From Azolla caroliniana (taxonomy: Eukaryota > Plantae > Polypodiophyta), in assembly GCA_043228905.1 (NCBI GenBank), contig JBHGNT010000013.1:16926001-16990000 (forward strand): DNA of 64,000 nucleotides, given 5' to 3'. Positions 25,801-40,400 of this stretch are shown here, one piece after another. The position numbers and the translations under genes are program-made. Positions within the stretch are counted from its first letter, which is position 1. The number at the start of each line of letters is the position of its first letter. Under the pieces are notes generated by a model. It worked only from the letters and a program-made list of their open reading frames with translations, was not told the DNA's origin and ran no database searches.

Positions 25801-28800
25801 CATCAAACAGGCATTTGCAATACATTAAACAAGAAGGAACTTCTATTTTCTATTCTAGAACCATTGGAATAAAGAACCATCCTATTTACTTTAAGAACGT
25901 AAATAAATGAGCATATATGGCCAATGGCCATGTGGTGGTTATTCTTGCAATATCAAATAAGGATAGGCATCTATATTCACTCTAGTTTCACTAGAACTTC
26001 ATTATGTGTTGTTTCACCATCTATAGCAGAGAAAGTGAAGAACCGTTGAGTCGATATTTGTAGCATTATGCATTCATTATGTACAGACCCTTCAAAACTA
26101 CTGGTCAGACTCGAGTAGGCTTATATGTTTAATTGATTCCTAAAGTATGTCTCCTACACAGAGGACATTATTCTGTGTGTAGAAATTTAAGTTGAACTGT
26201 CCGTTAATTTGACAATTTGCATTTGCAATATTACTCAGGCCTGAGGTTACACATCCACATCTAAAAATGCAGACAGTAATTAAGAGATGTTCTAAAAAAG
26301 TAGATTCGAAAGTCTGATTAAACCTTTAGAGCTCACAAACAATAATCATGTTAGCTAATTTTAAGATTGAGAATTTTGATCTTGCATAAGTCATTACAAT
26401 GTTCTAGAAAAAACAGCAGAGAAAAATAAGAAGTAAATATGATGCTATAAAGGAAAAGAACCAAATAAAACTAATAAGCTGAGGTCTCCCCACTAAGTAA
26501 CCTGACTTACCATCAGCATCCATATATCCCCCTCAGGCTGGAAGAAAATATGTGTTTTTTTATCAGATTCAATTTCTTCACAAGGAGAATCTGGTGAAAA
26601 TATCCTGCAAACACCAATACACCTGATAAGCCATTTTTTTTGGGCCTTATAAGCCATTTTTTCTCTTGAAATACATTAAGATCCTCTCATGCTCCCTCTC
26701 AAAAATAAATCATAGATGTATTCAGCATGCAACTCTGTATGTGCCTTGGATATTTGAAACTATATCAAGCCCCTTTAGCAGGATAGTAAGGAAGGTAAGT
26801 CGTGACTCACAGACGTGCATTGTAATATCAGAACATAGAACCTCCATCATAGAAGAAGTAAACTCCCACATTCTGTCAAAGAATATGTTTATCTTTTGCC
26901 ACACTTGAGGATTATGAGAAGAATCCCATCAACTGTGGTATGGATTAACTCAATATTGATAACCGTTAAGTATCTTCTGTGGATGGACATTTGTTTGATG
27001 AATCAGTCACACCTCAAGCGCGTTTTGTTGGATATTGGCATAGAAGAACAAATCAAGAATATTCTAAACAAAATCCATCCACGATACAGGGGGCTTATTT
27101 CTCTTGAATAATACAGGGGGCTTACTTCGCAATGCCATATTTATTAGAGGGTTCAGATCATTGGTGCCAGGTTTCAACTGACAAATTAGGAAAGATCTGA
27201 CATAGCTATATCAAATACATGACAACTGGTTGGAGATATGTGAGCAGTGATACCACGTTTTATATTTTGTATATAGAAGCCACATATTCAACATACAAAA
27301 TATCTGTTAACTTTTAAGAAACCCAGCAGTATCAATCTCTTAAATCTTAAAATATTTCACGATTTAAGTATCTAGATGATATATATATATGTGGTGACCC
27401 ATCAAGACAAAATAAGATAGAGTGCAAGCCCTTGATCAATAGATGGCATTTGATCACAAGAAGAGTCAATGAGTAGCATCATCCAGATATGTTCCCTTCT
27501 CCAGAAAAGTCTTTCTGCAGTGACAACCATCTCATTCAACTCACGGACAACCAATTGCAGGTTCACGCTTATTGGTTGTGACCTATTACCCAACCAGCCA
27601 GCAGCCTTCAATGGATACCTAAACCCCCTGTGGTGTCATGCTGATTTAGCTAGCATATTGTCAGCTCCATTAATGGGGGTCAGATACATTCATGCCAATT
27701 ACATTCATTTGTACCTTGTCTGCACTGTGTGTTTCTATGCCAACACTCACCTCCATTCAATCTAGATTTTAACCTTTAATTCTGGGACTCGCCACTTTCA
27801 TGAGTTATCATGAATCCCTCTGTTTGAATATCCCCTTGACCATTCAGCCCTCCTTAGAAATTTGTCTTTCTGAAAGATCTTAAAGTTCAGATCAAAAGCC
27901 TGACATCTTTTGTAGGCCTGTGTTTTTTCAACAATCATCAAGCTCTGGTCAACCTCCTTCATAGTTCCCTGATTTGGTATGCAGAAAATTCCTGCATTGA
28001 ATCTCGCTTGACCAGTGAGACTTCTTCAGACTGTTTACCCACTTCATTACCCTAACCAAAACAGCATCAGGTAGCCCTGTCCAATACTTCATTGATTTGA
28101 TTCCTTGAAGCTTCTGCACCTTTTCAACATCCAGAATATAATCATCTGGTACCATGGCCTCGCTGACTATACTTTTCTTATGTTATATCCCTTCCCGATC
28201 ATTCAGTGAGATTCCGCCTCACAAAGCACATTGAAACTCTCTTGCATTTAAACTCTCAATCTTCCAAGTCAATACTGACTCTTCAGGGATGTTAGTAATA
28301 TCCTGATCACTTCAGTCATGGTCACATACTTTATTGCACTATCACATTGTAGCTGGCCTTCCTCCAGAACAATCCTTGGGTCTGCTCTTTATACACAGCA
28401 CCTGATGATCTTCTCCTTATTGTACTCACCTGCAAGCATCTTCAATGCATACACTTCCTCTACTTTTCTAGCATCAATGCACCTTTCAACGTCCAACAAT
28501 CGAGTGGTTGACCACTTCTACACACCCATACCTATCCTGAACCATGTCGTCCGCTGTTGATTTGCATCAGAACTCAAAAAACAATGGGTCTTCAAGCAAT
28601 GTTTCTTCTGTGATGAACTTATCACCTAGCAGTGACACACTAACTCCTCTGTCTTTCACAAAAGAAACCAACACATGAAATGAAGGCATGTCCACATTTC
28701 ATGGTGGTATTATATATGCAAATCAGCCACTCTACTCTCAATGAACACTTGACCTCCATTGGGGCTTCCCAGCCATTCTGCTAGCATGTTTTGAGTGTGC

Positions 28801-29744
28801 TCCAACATGTCATCAACTCCTAGAACATAGATCGCATTGAATTCCATACTATAATTATAGTGGTACATCTTGTCTGTGGAGCTTGTTCATATACCAACCA
28901 CATCTATTGCGAACATTGGTCTATTCAAGCCATTTGCAAATTGCCTTACATTATCATTTTAATTATTATTCTTTCATGAAAGACTCTACCCCATGACATC
29001 ATTTGGAAGTCAAAAATGAAGAAAATTTGACTAGAAATTGTGCTTTACTGCGTTGAACTTTTGGATGAACTGTATGATGTAATAAAGAGATGACACACCC
29101 ATTTTCACTAATTAGCCTTGAAATTTAGAACTTTGGTGGTCGGACTATGATGACAGCATGTTATGATTTTTAACATTTCATTGACTTTGAGATGATCATA
29201 TAGTTGAAATAAGTATGAAATTGATTAGGATGCCTAATTAGAAATTGAGCATGGATTTCATAAATCTGGTAGTCAAACTATGACTAATGTGTGTTATGAT
29301 ATTTAACATTTCATCAATGTCTGAGAGCCACATTTGATGTAATACATTTCTACCCTCTCAAAGCAGCGTTCAAGCAAAAGGTGCACTCGTTCATTAAAAC
29401 ACCAACTGGATTTTTTGACTTGCAGGTGAAAATATTTGTGAAGTGGACAAAGTCATGCAGAAAACCATTTTTTGATCAATTTCCATACTTCCCTATGAAA
29501 CCATGCATGAAGAGGAAATGCAACCAGTTATTAAAGGAAATTTTGATGAACAAAAAAATTACTGGGCAACCTACTTGGTAAACGTGATAAGACCTTCACC
29601 AAGCCCAATCAAAGAAAGCTGTAATGTCAAAGGGCATGCTTTTGGATAGAAGAAGAGTATCTTGTCGACCTCATCGCCATCACTCTGACCTCTACTCATG
29701 TCAAAGACACAGAACTGAATAGATCTATCCCATTCCAGTGACAT
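19834..29744 (-). CDS. CCZ1: Vacuolar fusion protein CCZ1 homolog (~491 aa), complement(join(19834..19864,20582..20811,20900..21055,22786..23193,23307..23405,23829..23935,24007..24187,26511..26604,29575..29744))
   Basis: FCVFDMSRGQSDGDEVDKILFFYP..LSLIGLGEGLITFT, IFSPDSPCE..QPEGDIWM, LFQDLLVSTTLPP, WGGINANHVPGYRY, C-terminal RYCNGIFCSD*; all introns GT-AG with consistent phases; probable 5'UTR exon ending 29894. Confidence 0.93.
21896..22131. repeat. 118-bp near-perfect tandem duplication in a CCZ1 intron
   Basis: Units 21896-22013 and 22014-22131. Confidence 0.92.
26630..28900 (-). mobile_element. Probable degraded LINE ORF2 relic in CCZ1 intron 1
   Basis: Coding-like broken minus-strand ORFs with Trp/Cys-His-rich C-terminal-like segments; T-tract at 26633-26641; no clean RT motif seen. 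Confidence 0.35.
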
Positions 29745-30090
29745 CTTTGAATCTGTCGGGGATGAAAATAAGACAAGAATTCAAATATGATGAAGGGAAT
29801 TCAAAAATAAGCAACAATATTTACGCCAAAATAATAGGCAGAAAATTCAAATGGAAGGAAGTGAACAACTCAAAGATATGCAAACAGTTTTACCACGACT
29901 GAAGAGGAAGCAACACAACAGGATCAGGGTATACGGAAAGTAAGGTTTAAGAGTCTTCTTCTCTTGCCCGATACGGTCAGAGTCAGGTAGCTCGCGATCA
30001 GCAGTGCGATGGTAAAGACGGAGGCTTCAGAAATCTTGCGCCATGTCTGAGGGATCCAAAATCTCATCAGAAGAGATGACTGAAAAGAAA

Positions 30091-30128
<38 letters not shown>

Positions 30129-31892
30129 TTCATTCATTCATTCATTTATTTGAAATTAAATAAATAAGCAATAAAACACACGAGTATGTGTCTCGTGATC
30201 TATCTCTAGTGTGCACAATCAAGAGGTTACGGATGGGCGGCGGGCGGCCATACGAGAAGACCGACCGGCAGGCGGATGTGCGAGCTTAGAGACAAATGGA
30301 TGAGTGGGGTTGATGGTTGGCCGGATAGATGGGTAGACGGATGGACAAACGCATTAATGGAGGGATGGGCGGGTAAATAGATGGGTGGGCATGTGGCCAG
30401 AAGATCATATGGGCAGACGAACAGGCGAACATATGGGCAAGATGCACAAACATACAATATATTATTCATTGACACATCATGTCGGCTCGGTAGATTGCAA
30501 AACTATGAACCTTCCACCATCCCTGAAGGAAAGCCATTCACTCCCACCCACCCCCATCTCGTTAGATCAAGTTGCTTTACTTCTTCTCATCGTTAAATGT
30601 CCCAAGTATGTATTTGATTGTCGGTCCTGGACAGATTTGTTGGGTCATGGGTCCTAGTGAGATTTGCATTGCCTATCCCTATCCCACACTCTTTTCTCCC
30701 ATCTATGTGATGGTTTCAAAAATCGTAAACCTAAGTTTTTGTCATTTGATGCCCCATGAATCCATCATCCTCTAGGTCGTTCGCCTTCCACTCATAATCA
30801 AATGTCAATTGTTTGATTGATGCTTCATATGAGATTTGTATCTCAGTATATTGATAGCACGTAGTCTATCTCTAACTTCTCTCCCATCTATGTGATGATC
30901 GTCAACTACCACATATCACAGGTTCGTATGGGTTTATTTTAGTTCCTAGGATAACTAATTTCCCAACTATCTTGCCATGTAACCCATTTAGGGGAGGAGG
31001 GGGCGCTAGCAATTAACACATTCTATTTAAGGTTGCCATTTAGAGGCTTGATGTTAGAGCTTAATCCTAATGTAAGGATATGTTAAGGAAATAATAGATA
31101 GATAGTAAAGGAGAGAGAAAGAAGGGTGTCGATCCACCTGACCACCCCTGAGCGAAGGGTTTGAGATAGACTTGAGCCTCAATCGACATCCTATACCATC
31201 ATTGTGGCATGAAGTCATACCTGGTGAAGGTGCGCTTGCTACAAGAGTTGATAACCACAAGATTAGAGTCTCGACGTAGTCGATAATATCCCAAATGAGG
31301 GTAGTTAGCCCTCATATTTATAGCCAGACCTACGCCCCCCAAGTAAGTTCACACTTGGCCTTAATGGGTTGTCTCAATCCCTAGGATTAAAAGGAATCCT
31401 CCCTTCTTTCCACTTTTGGTTAATCCTCACACTTTATCCATGTGTATAGAATACTATGGTACAATCTTAGCACGAGATAAATTATGGTCATGCTCTTAAC
31501 ATACTCCCCTCTCTAAAACATTGCACTCTTGCAATTAAAAGTTAGGGAAGTTGGTTTTAAGAGGATGTTCTCGTTCCCTTATAGCATCTTTGATAGACTT
31601 ATCCATCCATAAATTCTCGGAATATTTTAGAACGCAAATGTTTCCTTTTAACATCGAGAATTATCTTTGGTACATGTGGTTTAGAAATTAAATCTTTAGA
31701 AGTAACCAGAGTTTCAATTTTAACTTTATTGTCCCCAAAACCAAGTAGTTCTTTTAGACGACTTACATGAAAAACTAGATAGATTTCGACAACATTAAGA
31801 AGAGCAAGACGATAAGCTAATGAACCAATGCGTTTGAGGATTGTAAAAGGTCTACAAAACTGTAGAGCTAACATAGCACACTTACTCGTAGG

Positions 31893-32728
31893 CATAGATT
31901 GACATATTCGTAGTCATGGGGTTTCCCATTCAAATGCAAACGAATACGTATACGAATGCATGGTCAAGTATTCGTTTAAAAATAATAAAAAACAAAAAGA
32001 GTACATGAACTCTCTCCTCCTTTTTAATTTCCTAAATATGATAGTGGACACTAATAAACTTTTATAATAAATATAAAATTATTCGTTTTATTTTTAATAA
32101 ATAAATAAAGTCTCATTAATTTCTCACTTTTTTATTCTCTCAAAATTTATGGATATTTTTATCTGACATTAAAAATGCATTAATCATATTTCTATAATGA
32201 ATATAAAAATATTCGTTTTTGAAATAAATAAAATAAAGGTTCATAAACTCCCCCCTTTTTTATATGAAACTATAAAGGAGAGTTAATACTAATCATATTT
32301 TTATAATCTATTAATAAATGATTGTTCTTTTTTTAGTGAACTATTTTTTTTTAAAAGTAATTAATTAATTTTTTGTATATTTATTTTGCAAAACGAATGG
32401 TTTTATAACACAGTATAAACCATACATGTCATACGTGCAATCGAGTATGGTAAACACCCTCAAAGAATGGTAAATACCATTATTTTGGATTAACTATTTA
32501 TTATGAGGTAAATAAACCTAAAAAAAGGGAGAAAAACAAAAAAAACACACCAATGTTTGAATAACATTCGCATTCGTTTTCCAATGTAGGAAAACGAATG
32601 TTATGCTAGATGAACACAAATTTTACGTACTATATTTTATAATATTCTTGGGGCCATTTCGTATTCTCGAATATTGCGAATGTCACACATGGAGAATGTC
32701 GCGAATATCACGCATGTGACAATCGATG
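31893..32728. mobile_element. Non-autonomous hAT-type DNA transposon (836 bp)
   Basis: TIRs CATAGATTGACA / TGACAATCGATG; 8-bp TSD CTCGTAGG (31885-31892) / CCCGTAGG (32729-32736); subterminal CGAAT/ATTCG motifs; interrupts gypsy coding sequence. Confidence 0.85.
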
Positions 32729-35700
32729 CCCGTAGGCAATGTCTTAGATTTGTGAGGCACACATAGGAATAACTTTTGTCTAGGGTTCAATACACGAGGT
32801 TGCTTTTATGATTGGCATTTAGACACACTCTATCTTGAGTTGTTTTTATATTATCTTGTGCAATATGCAACATATCTTGCATATCCCTTAGAAAGTTTTG
32901 TGTACATCACAATTCATCATGATGTATATTAACATTGATTGGGGCTCATGGCTAAAAAACATACATCAACATAAAAGGACTATATCTCGTCAATGTATGC
33001 TTGGAGTTGTGTTATAAGCTAACTCTAAATTTGAGAGATAATGTTCCTATTTTGTTGGCTTTGCATCAACGTGTGGTCGAAACATGTCCTCAATAATTTG
33101 ATTTACCTGTTCTGTATGTCCATCGAATTGAGGATGATTCGTGGAGCTCATGCTCAATGTAGTTTCTAAGTTCTTAAAGACTTGCGTCCAAAAGTCGCTA
33201 GTAACTTTGGATCTCAATCACTCACGATATCCATCGATAACCCATAAAAACAAAATAACTTATCAACGAATTGGTAATCCAATTTAGGAGTTGTTACCGT
33301 GGTTTTAATAGGAATAAATCTGGCCATTTTAGTTAGTCTATCAACCACAACAAAGATGGCATCATGGCCTTTTTGGGTGCGAGGAAGGCTAACAATAAAA
33401 TCTATCGATATACTTTCCGACTTATTGTCGGGAATTTCCAAGGGATGTAAAATTCTAACAACTTTAAGTCGCCTAGCTTTGTTAACCTAAAAATTAGTCA
33501 CATAACTATGTATGTCATGACGCATCTTAGGCCAATAGAATTGAGTGGAGATGAGAACGAGTGTGCAATGTATTCCAGGGTGCCCTGTTGAGGATGCATC
33601 ATGGCATTAAAAAAGATTTCTCTTTTTTACCTCAGGGCAATTTTAGAACACAAACCTTCCCATTACGGTAGAGCAAACTGTTAACAATGTGGAAGGATTC
33701 CTTCGAGGGTGTGGTGATGTTTGTTCTAGATTGAACTCTTGCCCAATATTTTGCAAAATAATTGGCATCAGGATACTTCCCTCAAAGGTGATCATAAAGA
33801 TCTGATGTTATTTCAATGAAGCTAAGCATGTTAACTTCACGAATGAGACTTAGTGCATAAGCGACAGTGGTAATGGAACCTTTACGATATCGTATGGAAA
33901 AATCAAAGTCCTAGATGAGATCTGCCCATCGTGCCTTACGACCCTTGAGATATTGTTGGTCACAAAAATATTTCAAGGACTCGCGGTTCATAGTTTAACC
34001 ACAAAATGATTTCAAAAAAAATAATGACGCCATGAATTTAGCGAATGGAGAACTACAAATTATTCATTTTCTTGAACGGTATATCAACATTGAGCAAAAT
34101 CAAGTTTCTTACTCCCAAATGTTGATATAGGTCAACATCGATAGCATAATCACTTGCGTTGGTTTCAACCTGAAAAAGTTTTGAAGGATTTGGTAAAAGA
34201 AGAAAAGGAGCCTTGCACACCAGGTCCTTGAGTTCCTTGAAGGTGAGGTTTAGTGTAGCATTCCATATGATAGGTTTTGTAGACTTCCGTGTTTGACCTT
34301 TAAGAAGCTTAGTAAACGACGTCGTCAATTGTGAGTAATTGCGAAGAGATTTTCGCAAAAACCCGACAAAACCAAGGAATGATTGAACATCTTGAATATT
34401 CCGAAGAGTGGGCCAAAGTTTGACTTTCTCAATGCAAGAAGGATCAATCAATTTCAACTCCTTGTTCGGTTATGAGATGTCCAAGATAAGTAATGCGAGA
34501 AGAACTCACATTTCGAGAACTTCGCGTAGAACGATTTGTAAAACAAACCAAGCATGTTAAATTACCATGTTCTTCTAATGTACATCTATAAACTAGAATA
34601 TCATCCAAGAAAATGACGACAAAATTTCTAAGTTGTTCTCGAAAGATGCATTCATTTCTTATTGAAATGTGGTCGGAGCATTGGTCAAACCGACCAAAGA
34701 CTCATAATGGGCATAGCGCGTACAAAATGTTGTTTTAGGAACATTGTCCTCACTTATACGAATTTGATGGTAGCTTGTACGGAGATAAAGTTTAGTAAAA
34801 TATCGAGCTCCCTAGAGACGATCAATCAGATCATCAGTCTGGGGCAATGGATATGAATTCTTGATTGTCACTTTATTCAAGCATCGGTAATTAATACACA
34901 TACGCCATGTGGCCTCTTTCTATTTTACCAAGAGAACATGTGCACCACATGGAAAATTACTATAATGTATATAACACATTTGTAAATATTCCTGGAGTTG
35001 CTTAGATACCTCATCCTCTTCGGATCGATTTAAATGATATGGAGGTATACTTATTGGTGCAATCCCAGAAAAAAATTCTATACGATGGTCTATATTTACG
35101 TTTAGGTGGTAACCCATGTGGTAGTTCACTTGGAAAAACATCACAAAAATCATTTAAGATTTCATCGAGTTGTTTTTGTTCAAAATAACATAAATTATCC
35201 GAGACATTATTGATATTATAAACGTGAATGTATGGATCAAGTAAACCATAAAATAAAGAAGAACAAGACAACTAAGATATTGATAGAGAGGAAACAATTG
35301 AAAGAGATTGTTTTTTAACATATTGAATAAATGAGTACAATCGTTCAGTGTAAACGATATTGAATAGTGAACCCAATCAATAAATAAAGAAGAGTTTTTA
35401 TTAAAAACCAAGGATAACCCACTATTTATTTTTTTCAAAATGAAGCTACTTTCCCATTAATTAGGACAAATTATTATAAAGAGACTGTATAAGGAGGCTT
35501 ATACACAAATCGGGGAATCTCCCTCCGATCAAGTTCAAGAAAATGAGACTACTTACATAGCCTTTCAGACTAACTACTTAATGTAAGTAGATACCTATAG
35601 CTAAAAATGGCGCCCTTCAGTGTTGGCTAGTACAAGCCAACTCCTAGGGCCTACAACGAAGGGAGAGAGGTAGGTGAGTCGGAAACAACCAACGTTACAT

Positions 35701-35831
35701 CAATGGCACAAAGAGTCATTACATGGAAATCCACTCATTCTACATAAGTATCAATGTAAATAGGCAATGAATGAATCGCCCCATTGATATATTGAATTCT
35801 TCCATGGGCCAAGTGCACCTTATAGGTGTGA

Positions 35832-36253
35832 TGTCATGATATGGCAAGACTCGAACCCATGACCTTAGGTTATATGGGTCGAGCTCTTGACCATTAGACC
35901 ATCTATTGTAATATGTAGGATATTATTTTCATTTACATTTTATTAGTGTATATTCCAGATTTCTCTGGAACATTCTAGAAGCTTCAGGATTACTCCTGAA
36001 AACACTATAAAAGAGGGCACTAGGCATTATGTTGAACCAAATTGGTTCAACGCCAGTCTTAAGCCTTTTAGCCACCGTTGTATATTCTCTTCATATAATA
36101 AATATCTTTCTTATCATCACTCTCTCTCTCTCTCTCTCTCTTTCTCTCTGTCTCGCTCACTTCTTCCTTCTCTCGAAGAAGTTCCACACCTCTCATAGTA
36201 CTAATCCTTCGTTTAGTACTAATTCCTTCTCTGTCTCAGTACTGTTCATGACA
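35832..36253 (+). repeat. 5' LTR of copy B
   Basis: Direct repeat of 41047-41478 (about 9 substitutions plus a 10-nt CT-repeat length change). Confidence 0.97.
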
Positions 36254-36326
36254 GTTTGAACCAATTTCCCTACCTTCTGTCTCTCTCATTTCCTACTAAT
36301 CTTTTATTCCTCTTTTCTTTCATCCC

Positions 36327-37478
36327 ATGGCCACTGTTAGCGCTAAAGAATATCAATCTGTTTTCTCGGAATTCCAATGCTTGAAGGAGAAGTTCCATGC
36401 TTTGGAACAAGAAAACCAACGGTTGCTGGGGGATCTTCAGCAAATCTCCTTAGAAAAGCAGCAAACGCAACAACAACATGGGGAACTTGCGTTACGCGTG
36501 CAACAACTCGAAGCCACCATCGTAGCGATGCAACAACATGGGCCCGGAACACAAGGGATTCATAAAGAACCTAAGATTGGCCTTCCCACGAAGTTCGATG
36601 GAACGCGATCGCAGTTTAGAGGGTTCCTTAACCAGGTACGATTAGTTATTCAAATGCATCCTTCCCGATATCCCACCGATGCATCACGAGTGGGTTTAGT
36701 AGGCACTTTGTTAAGTGGCTCAGCGTTGTCATGGTTCGCTCCACTATTAGAAAAGGAATCTCCGTTACTCAACAATTTTGAAGAGTTTCTAGGTGAGTTT
36801 AAAGCATGTTTCGGAGATACTGACAGCATCAAGACCGCAATCAACAAAATCCGGCGATTACGCCAAGGTGACCGTCCAGCCTCCGCATACGCTGCAGATT
36901 TTCGCCTACTCGCCGCCGATATCCCTTGGGATGATCAAGCGTTGATGGAGCAATTCCGTTATGGTTTACGCAACGACGTCAAGGATTTACTCTTGACCTT
37001 CCCCGAAGAGCCAAAGTCCTTAACAGAAGCAATCAGTCGCGCGGTGAGATGTGACAACCGCCTCTTTGAGCGACGTTCGGAACGACAGCTACAGATGCCG
37101 AGGGCAAGATCAGAGCCCACCTACGCCTCAGTGGTAGCAAGACCTTTTCCGAGGGAGTCATATAATGCGTCTCCAGCGAATACTCCGACTCCGATGGAGA
37201 TTGACACTACACGTCGTCGAGGGCCATTATCCGAAGAAGAAAAGCAGCGACGCCGTACAAATCGACTATGTCTTTACTGCGGTGGACCAGGACATATCGC
37301 AATAAATTGCCCCCATAGGCCAAGAAGACAGGTAAACCAAATAGTCGCTAGTTCTAATTGTACTAAATCCGAACCTATTTCAGTAGGGATATCTGATAGT
37401 CCTAATAGTACTAATATCCCAGATCTAGCAAACAAATTTGATGTCCTTAGTCAGTTAGAAGAAGAGTTAAACGACTAA
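36327..37478 (+). CDS. gag: Intact gag of copy B (383 aa; capsid + CCHC knuckle)
   Basis: Uninterrupted ORF with PTKFDGTR, LRQGDRPASAYAADF, TPMEID and CLYCGGPGHIAINC. Confidence 0.93.
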   Translation: MATVSAKEYQSVFSEFQCLKEKFHALEQENQRLLGDLQQISLEKQQTQQQHGELALRVQQLEATIVAMQQHGPGTQGIHKEPKIGLPTKFDGTRSQFRGFLNQVRLVIQMHPSRYPTDASRVGLVGTLLSGSALSWFAPLLEKESPLLNNFEEFLGEFKACFGDTDSIKTAINKIRRLRQGDRPASAYAADFRLLAADIPWDDQALMEQFRYGLRNDVKDLLLTFPEEPKSLTEAISRAVRCDNRLFERRSERQLQMPRARSEPTYASVVARPFPRESYNASPANTPTPMEIDTTRRRGPLSEEEKQRRRTNRLCLYCGGPGHIAINCPHRPRRQVNQIVASSNCTKSEPISVGISDSPNSTNIPDLANKFDVLSQLEEELND

Positions 37479-40400
37479 GTCCAGCCAAAATAGGAGCCGT
37501 TTGGTTGGACAACCCTAGATCTGTGCAGCCCATTAGTGGTTCCATTCCCTCTAAGCAAGTTAGTGATGTGTTCGTAGCCCAAGTAATAGTTAGTACTAAA
37601 AGTACCCCTCCAGTACATGTCCTAGCACTCCTAGATTCCGGAGCTAACTCTTGCTTTATGGATAAGAAATTTGCTCAAGCTCATAAGATATCCCTAAGAA
37701 AACTCCAGTGTCCAGCCTCTGTAGTAGTCATTGATGGACGTCCCATTGCTTCCGGAAATATCCTGGAAGAGTCAGAGCCCATTAATATTGTCCTAGATAA
37801 CTTAGTATGTGTAGTATCATTTAATATTATTAGTATCCCAGAACATCCTATAGTTTTAGGACTACCGTGGTTCGAGTTACATAACCCTGACATAGATTGG
37901 AGAACAAGAGAAATCCGGTGTCGACAAACCCAAGGGTCAACTCAGAAGATGGCAACCATTTCGCTACGTCAGTTGCGTAAAGAAGGGCACAAGGAGGAAA
38001 TGTTCCTCTTTGCAATATCAGTAAACCCCTCCAACACCACTAAAGAAGAATCCACCGTTCAACTTCCCGAGAAGTATCGCCATTACACCGATGTGTTCGA
38101 TAAAGTACAAGCCAACACACTTCCTCATCATCGACCGTACGATTGCCCCATCGATTTACAACCGGGAAAAGAGCCGCCATGGGGACCGATCTACAATTTG
38201 TCACCAACCGAGCTGGAAGTCCTTCGGGCCTATATAGAGGAGAATTTGGAAAATGGTTTCATTCGGCATTCGAAATCTCCAGCCGGTGCGCCCATTTTCT
38301 TCGTCAAGAAAAAAGATGGATCGCTTCGTCTCGTTGTATGGCTTGAATAAGGTTACAATCAGGAATAGGTATGCTCTTCCCCTTATCTCAAGTCTTTTAG
38401 AACGGATCAATGGTGCCAGGTTCTTCACGAAGATCGACTTACGGGGAGCATATAACCTCGTACGGATCCGACCAGGAGACGAATGGAAGACCGCGTTTCG
38501 CACCAGATATGGGCACTTCGAGTATACTGTCATGCCGTTCGGCCTCACTAATGCGCCGGCAGTCTTCCAGCACATGGCTAATGATATATTCCGAGATCTA
38601 TTGGATGATTGTTTGATCATCTATTTGGATGATCTACTGGTTTATTCAAAGACCCAAGAAGAACATGATTCTCATGTACTATTAGTACTAAAACGACTTC
38701 GAGAACATGGTCTGTATGCAAAGCTAGAAAAATGTAGTTTCGGGTGCAACCAAGTGGAATTTCTCGGCTACATCATTTCGTCAGAAGGCATCTCCATGGA
38801 CCCAGCTAAGGTCAAAACGGTGGTAGAATGGCATACTCCGCGTTCGGTACGGGATGTGCAATGCTTCTTAGGCTTTGCCAATTTTTACCGGAAGTTCATA
38901 CAGGATTACTCAAAGATCGTTCTACCTCTCACACAACTTACCAGGAAGGGACAACCGTTCATCTGGTCTGAAGAAACGGACATGGCTTTCGAGAGTCTTA
39001 AAAAAGCATTTACATCGGCTCCAATTCTAGCTCATGTCGATCCGGAGAAACCATTCATTATCGAAGCTGACGCATCGGATTTTGCATTGGGGAGCATTCT
39101 GTCACAACAGGGGAATGATGAAAAGCTACATCCTGTGGCTTTTCACTCACGCAAGTTTGATGCCGCTGAAATCAACTACGAAATCCATGATAAGGAGCTA
39201 TTGGCAATAGTGGATTCTTTTATGCAATGGAGGCATTTTCTGGAGGGATCCTCTCATCCAGTCACCGTATTTAGTGACCACAAGAATCTTGCCTACTTTC
39301 AGGATGCTCGTGTGTTGAATCGACGTCAAGCTCGGTGGGCCCACTTCCTCACGCGTTTCGACTTCAAAATTACATATCGTCCGGGGAGGCACCAAGGGAA
39401 GGCAGATGCATTATCACGGCGTTCGTATCTAGCACCCCGTCCCGGCGAGCCAGCTTTCGATAACCAAAAACAAGTCATCTTGGGACCGGCACGATTACAA
39501 GCAACACAAATCTTTGACATGCCTATGGATTCCCGCGTTATCGATACCATACGTGAAGACTTGAAGACAGATGCGTTCGCCCAAGCTATACTAGCACAAA
39601 TTGATCCCTCTCGAGCGTCGTGTTCACAGTCGCAACCACCAGGTACGAACTATCGGCAATTCAAATACCATGATGGATTACTCTTCTTTAAAGAACTTTT
39701 GTATGTTCCTAATGGTTCTTGCCGCCTTCGAGTAGTACAAAACTGTCATGACACATATACAGCTGGGCATTTTGGTAGTACTAAAACATTACATTTAGTA
39801 CAACGATCATTCTGGTGGCCCTGTATGCGACAATTTGTCGAGGATTTTGTTCGGACTTGTGATACATGTTGCAGAGCGAAAATGCCAAGGCATCATCCAT
39901 ATGGTTTATTAGAACCATTATCAATTCCAAGCAAGCCGTGGCAATCCATTGCTCTAGACTTCATCACAGATCTTCCAGTCTCTAAGGGGTTCAATGCGAT
40001 TCTAACGGTGGTCGATCGATATACGAAGATGGCTCATTTCTTGCCATGTACTAAGGAGATCTCCAGTGAAGACACTGCCGAAATTGTCATGCGTGAAGTA
40101 TGTCGGCATCATGGACTCCCCGATAGTATCATCAGCGACCGTGGACCCCAGTTCGTGTCAAAATTCTGGAAGCACCTTTTTAACATGCTCAAGGTCACTT
40201 GTAACCTCTCTTCCGGCTACCACCCACAAACTGACGGCCAAGCTGAACGAACAAATCAAACGTTGGAGCAGTATCTGCGGTGCTTTCTCAGCTATCATCA
40301 GGACGACTGGGCAGATATTCTCCACTTCGCCGAATTTGCCTATAACAACTCTATCCACGCATCCACTAAAGTTACGCCATTTTATGCTTATACGGGATGT

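Noticed and set aside
30225-30985. Possible MITE bounded by GGTTAC...GTAACC
   Set aside because: Only about 6 bp of inverted match and no convincing TSD
38253-38350. Overlap of two pol ORFs as a second programmed frameshift
   Set aside because: Comparison with copy A shows an 8-nt deletion of the DYR codons in RT, so this is a mutation
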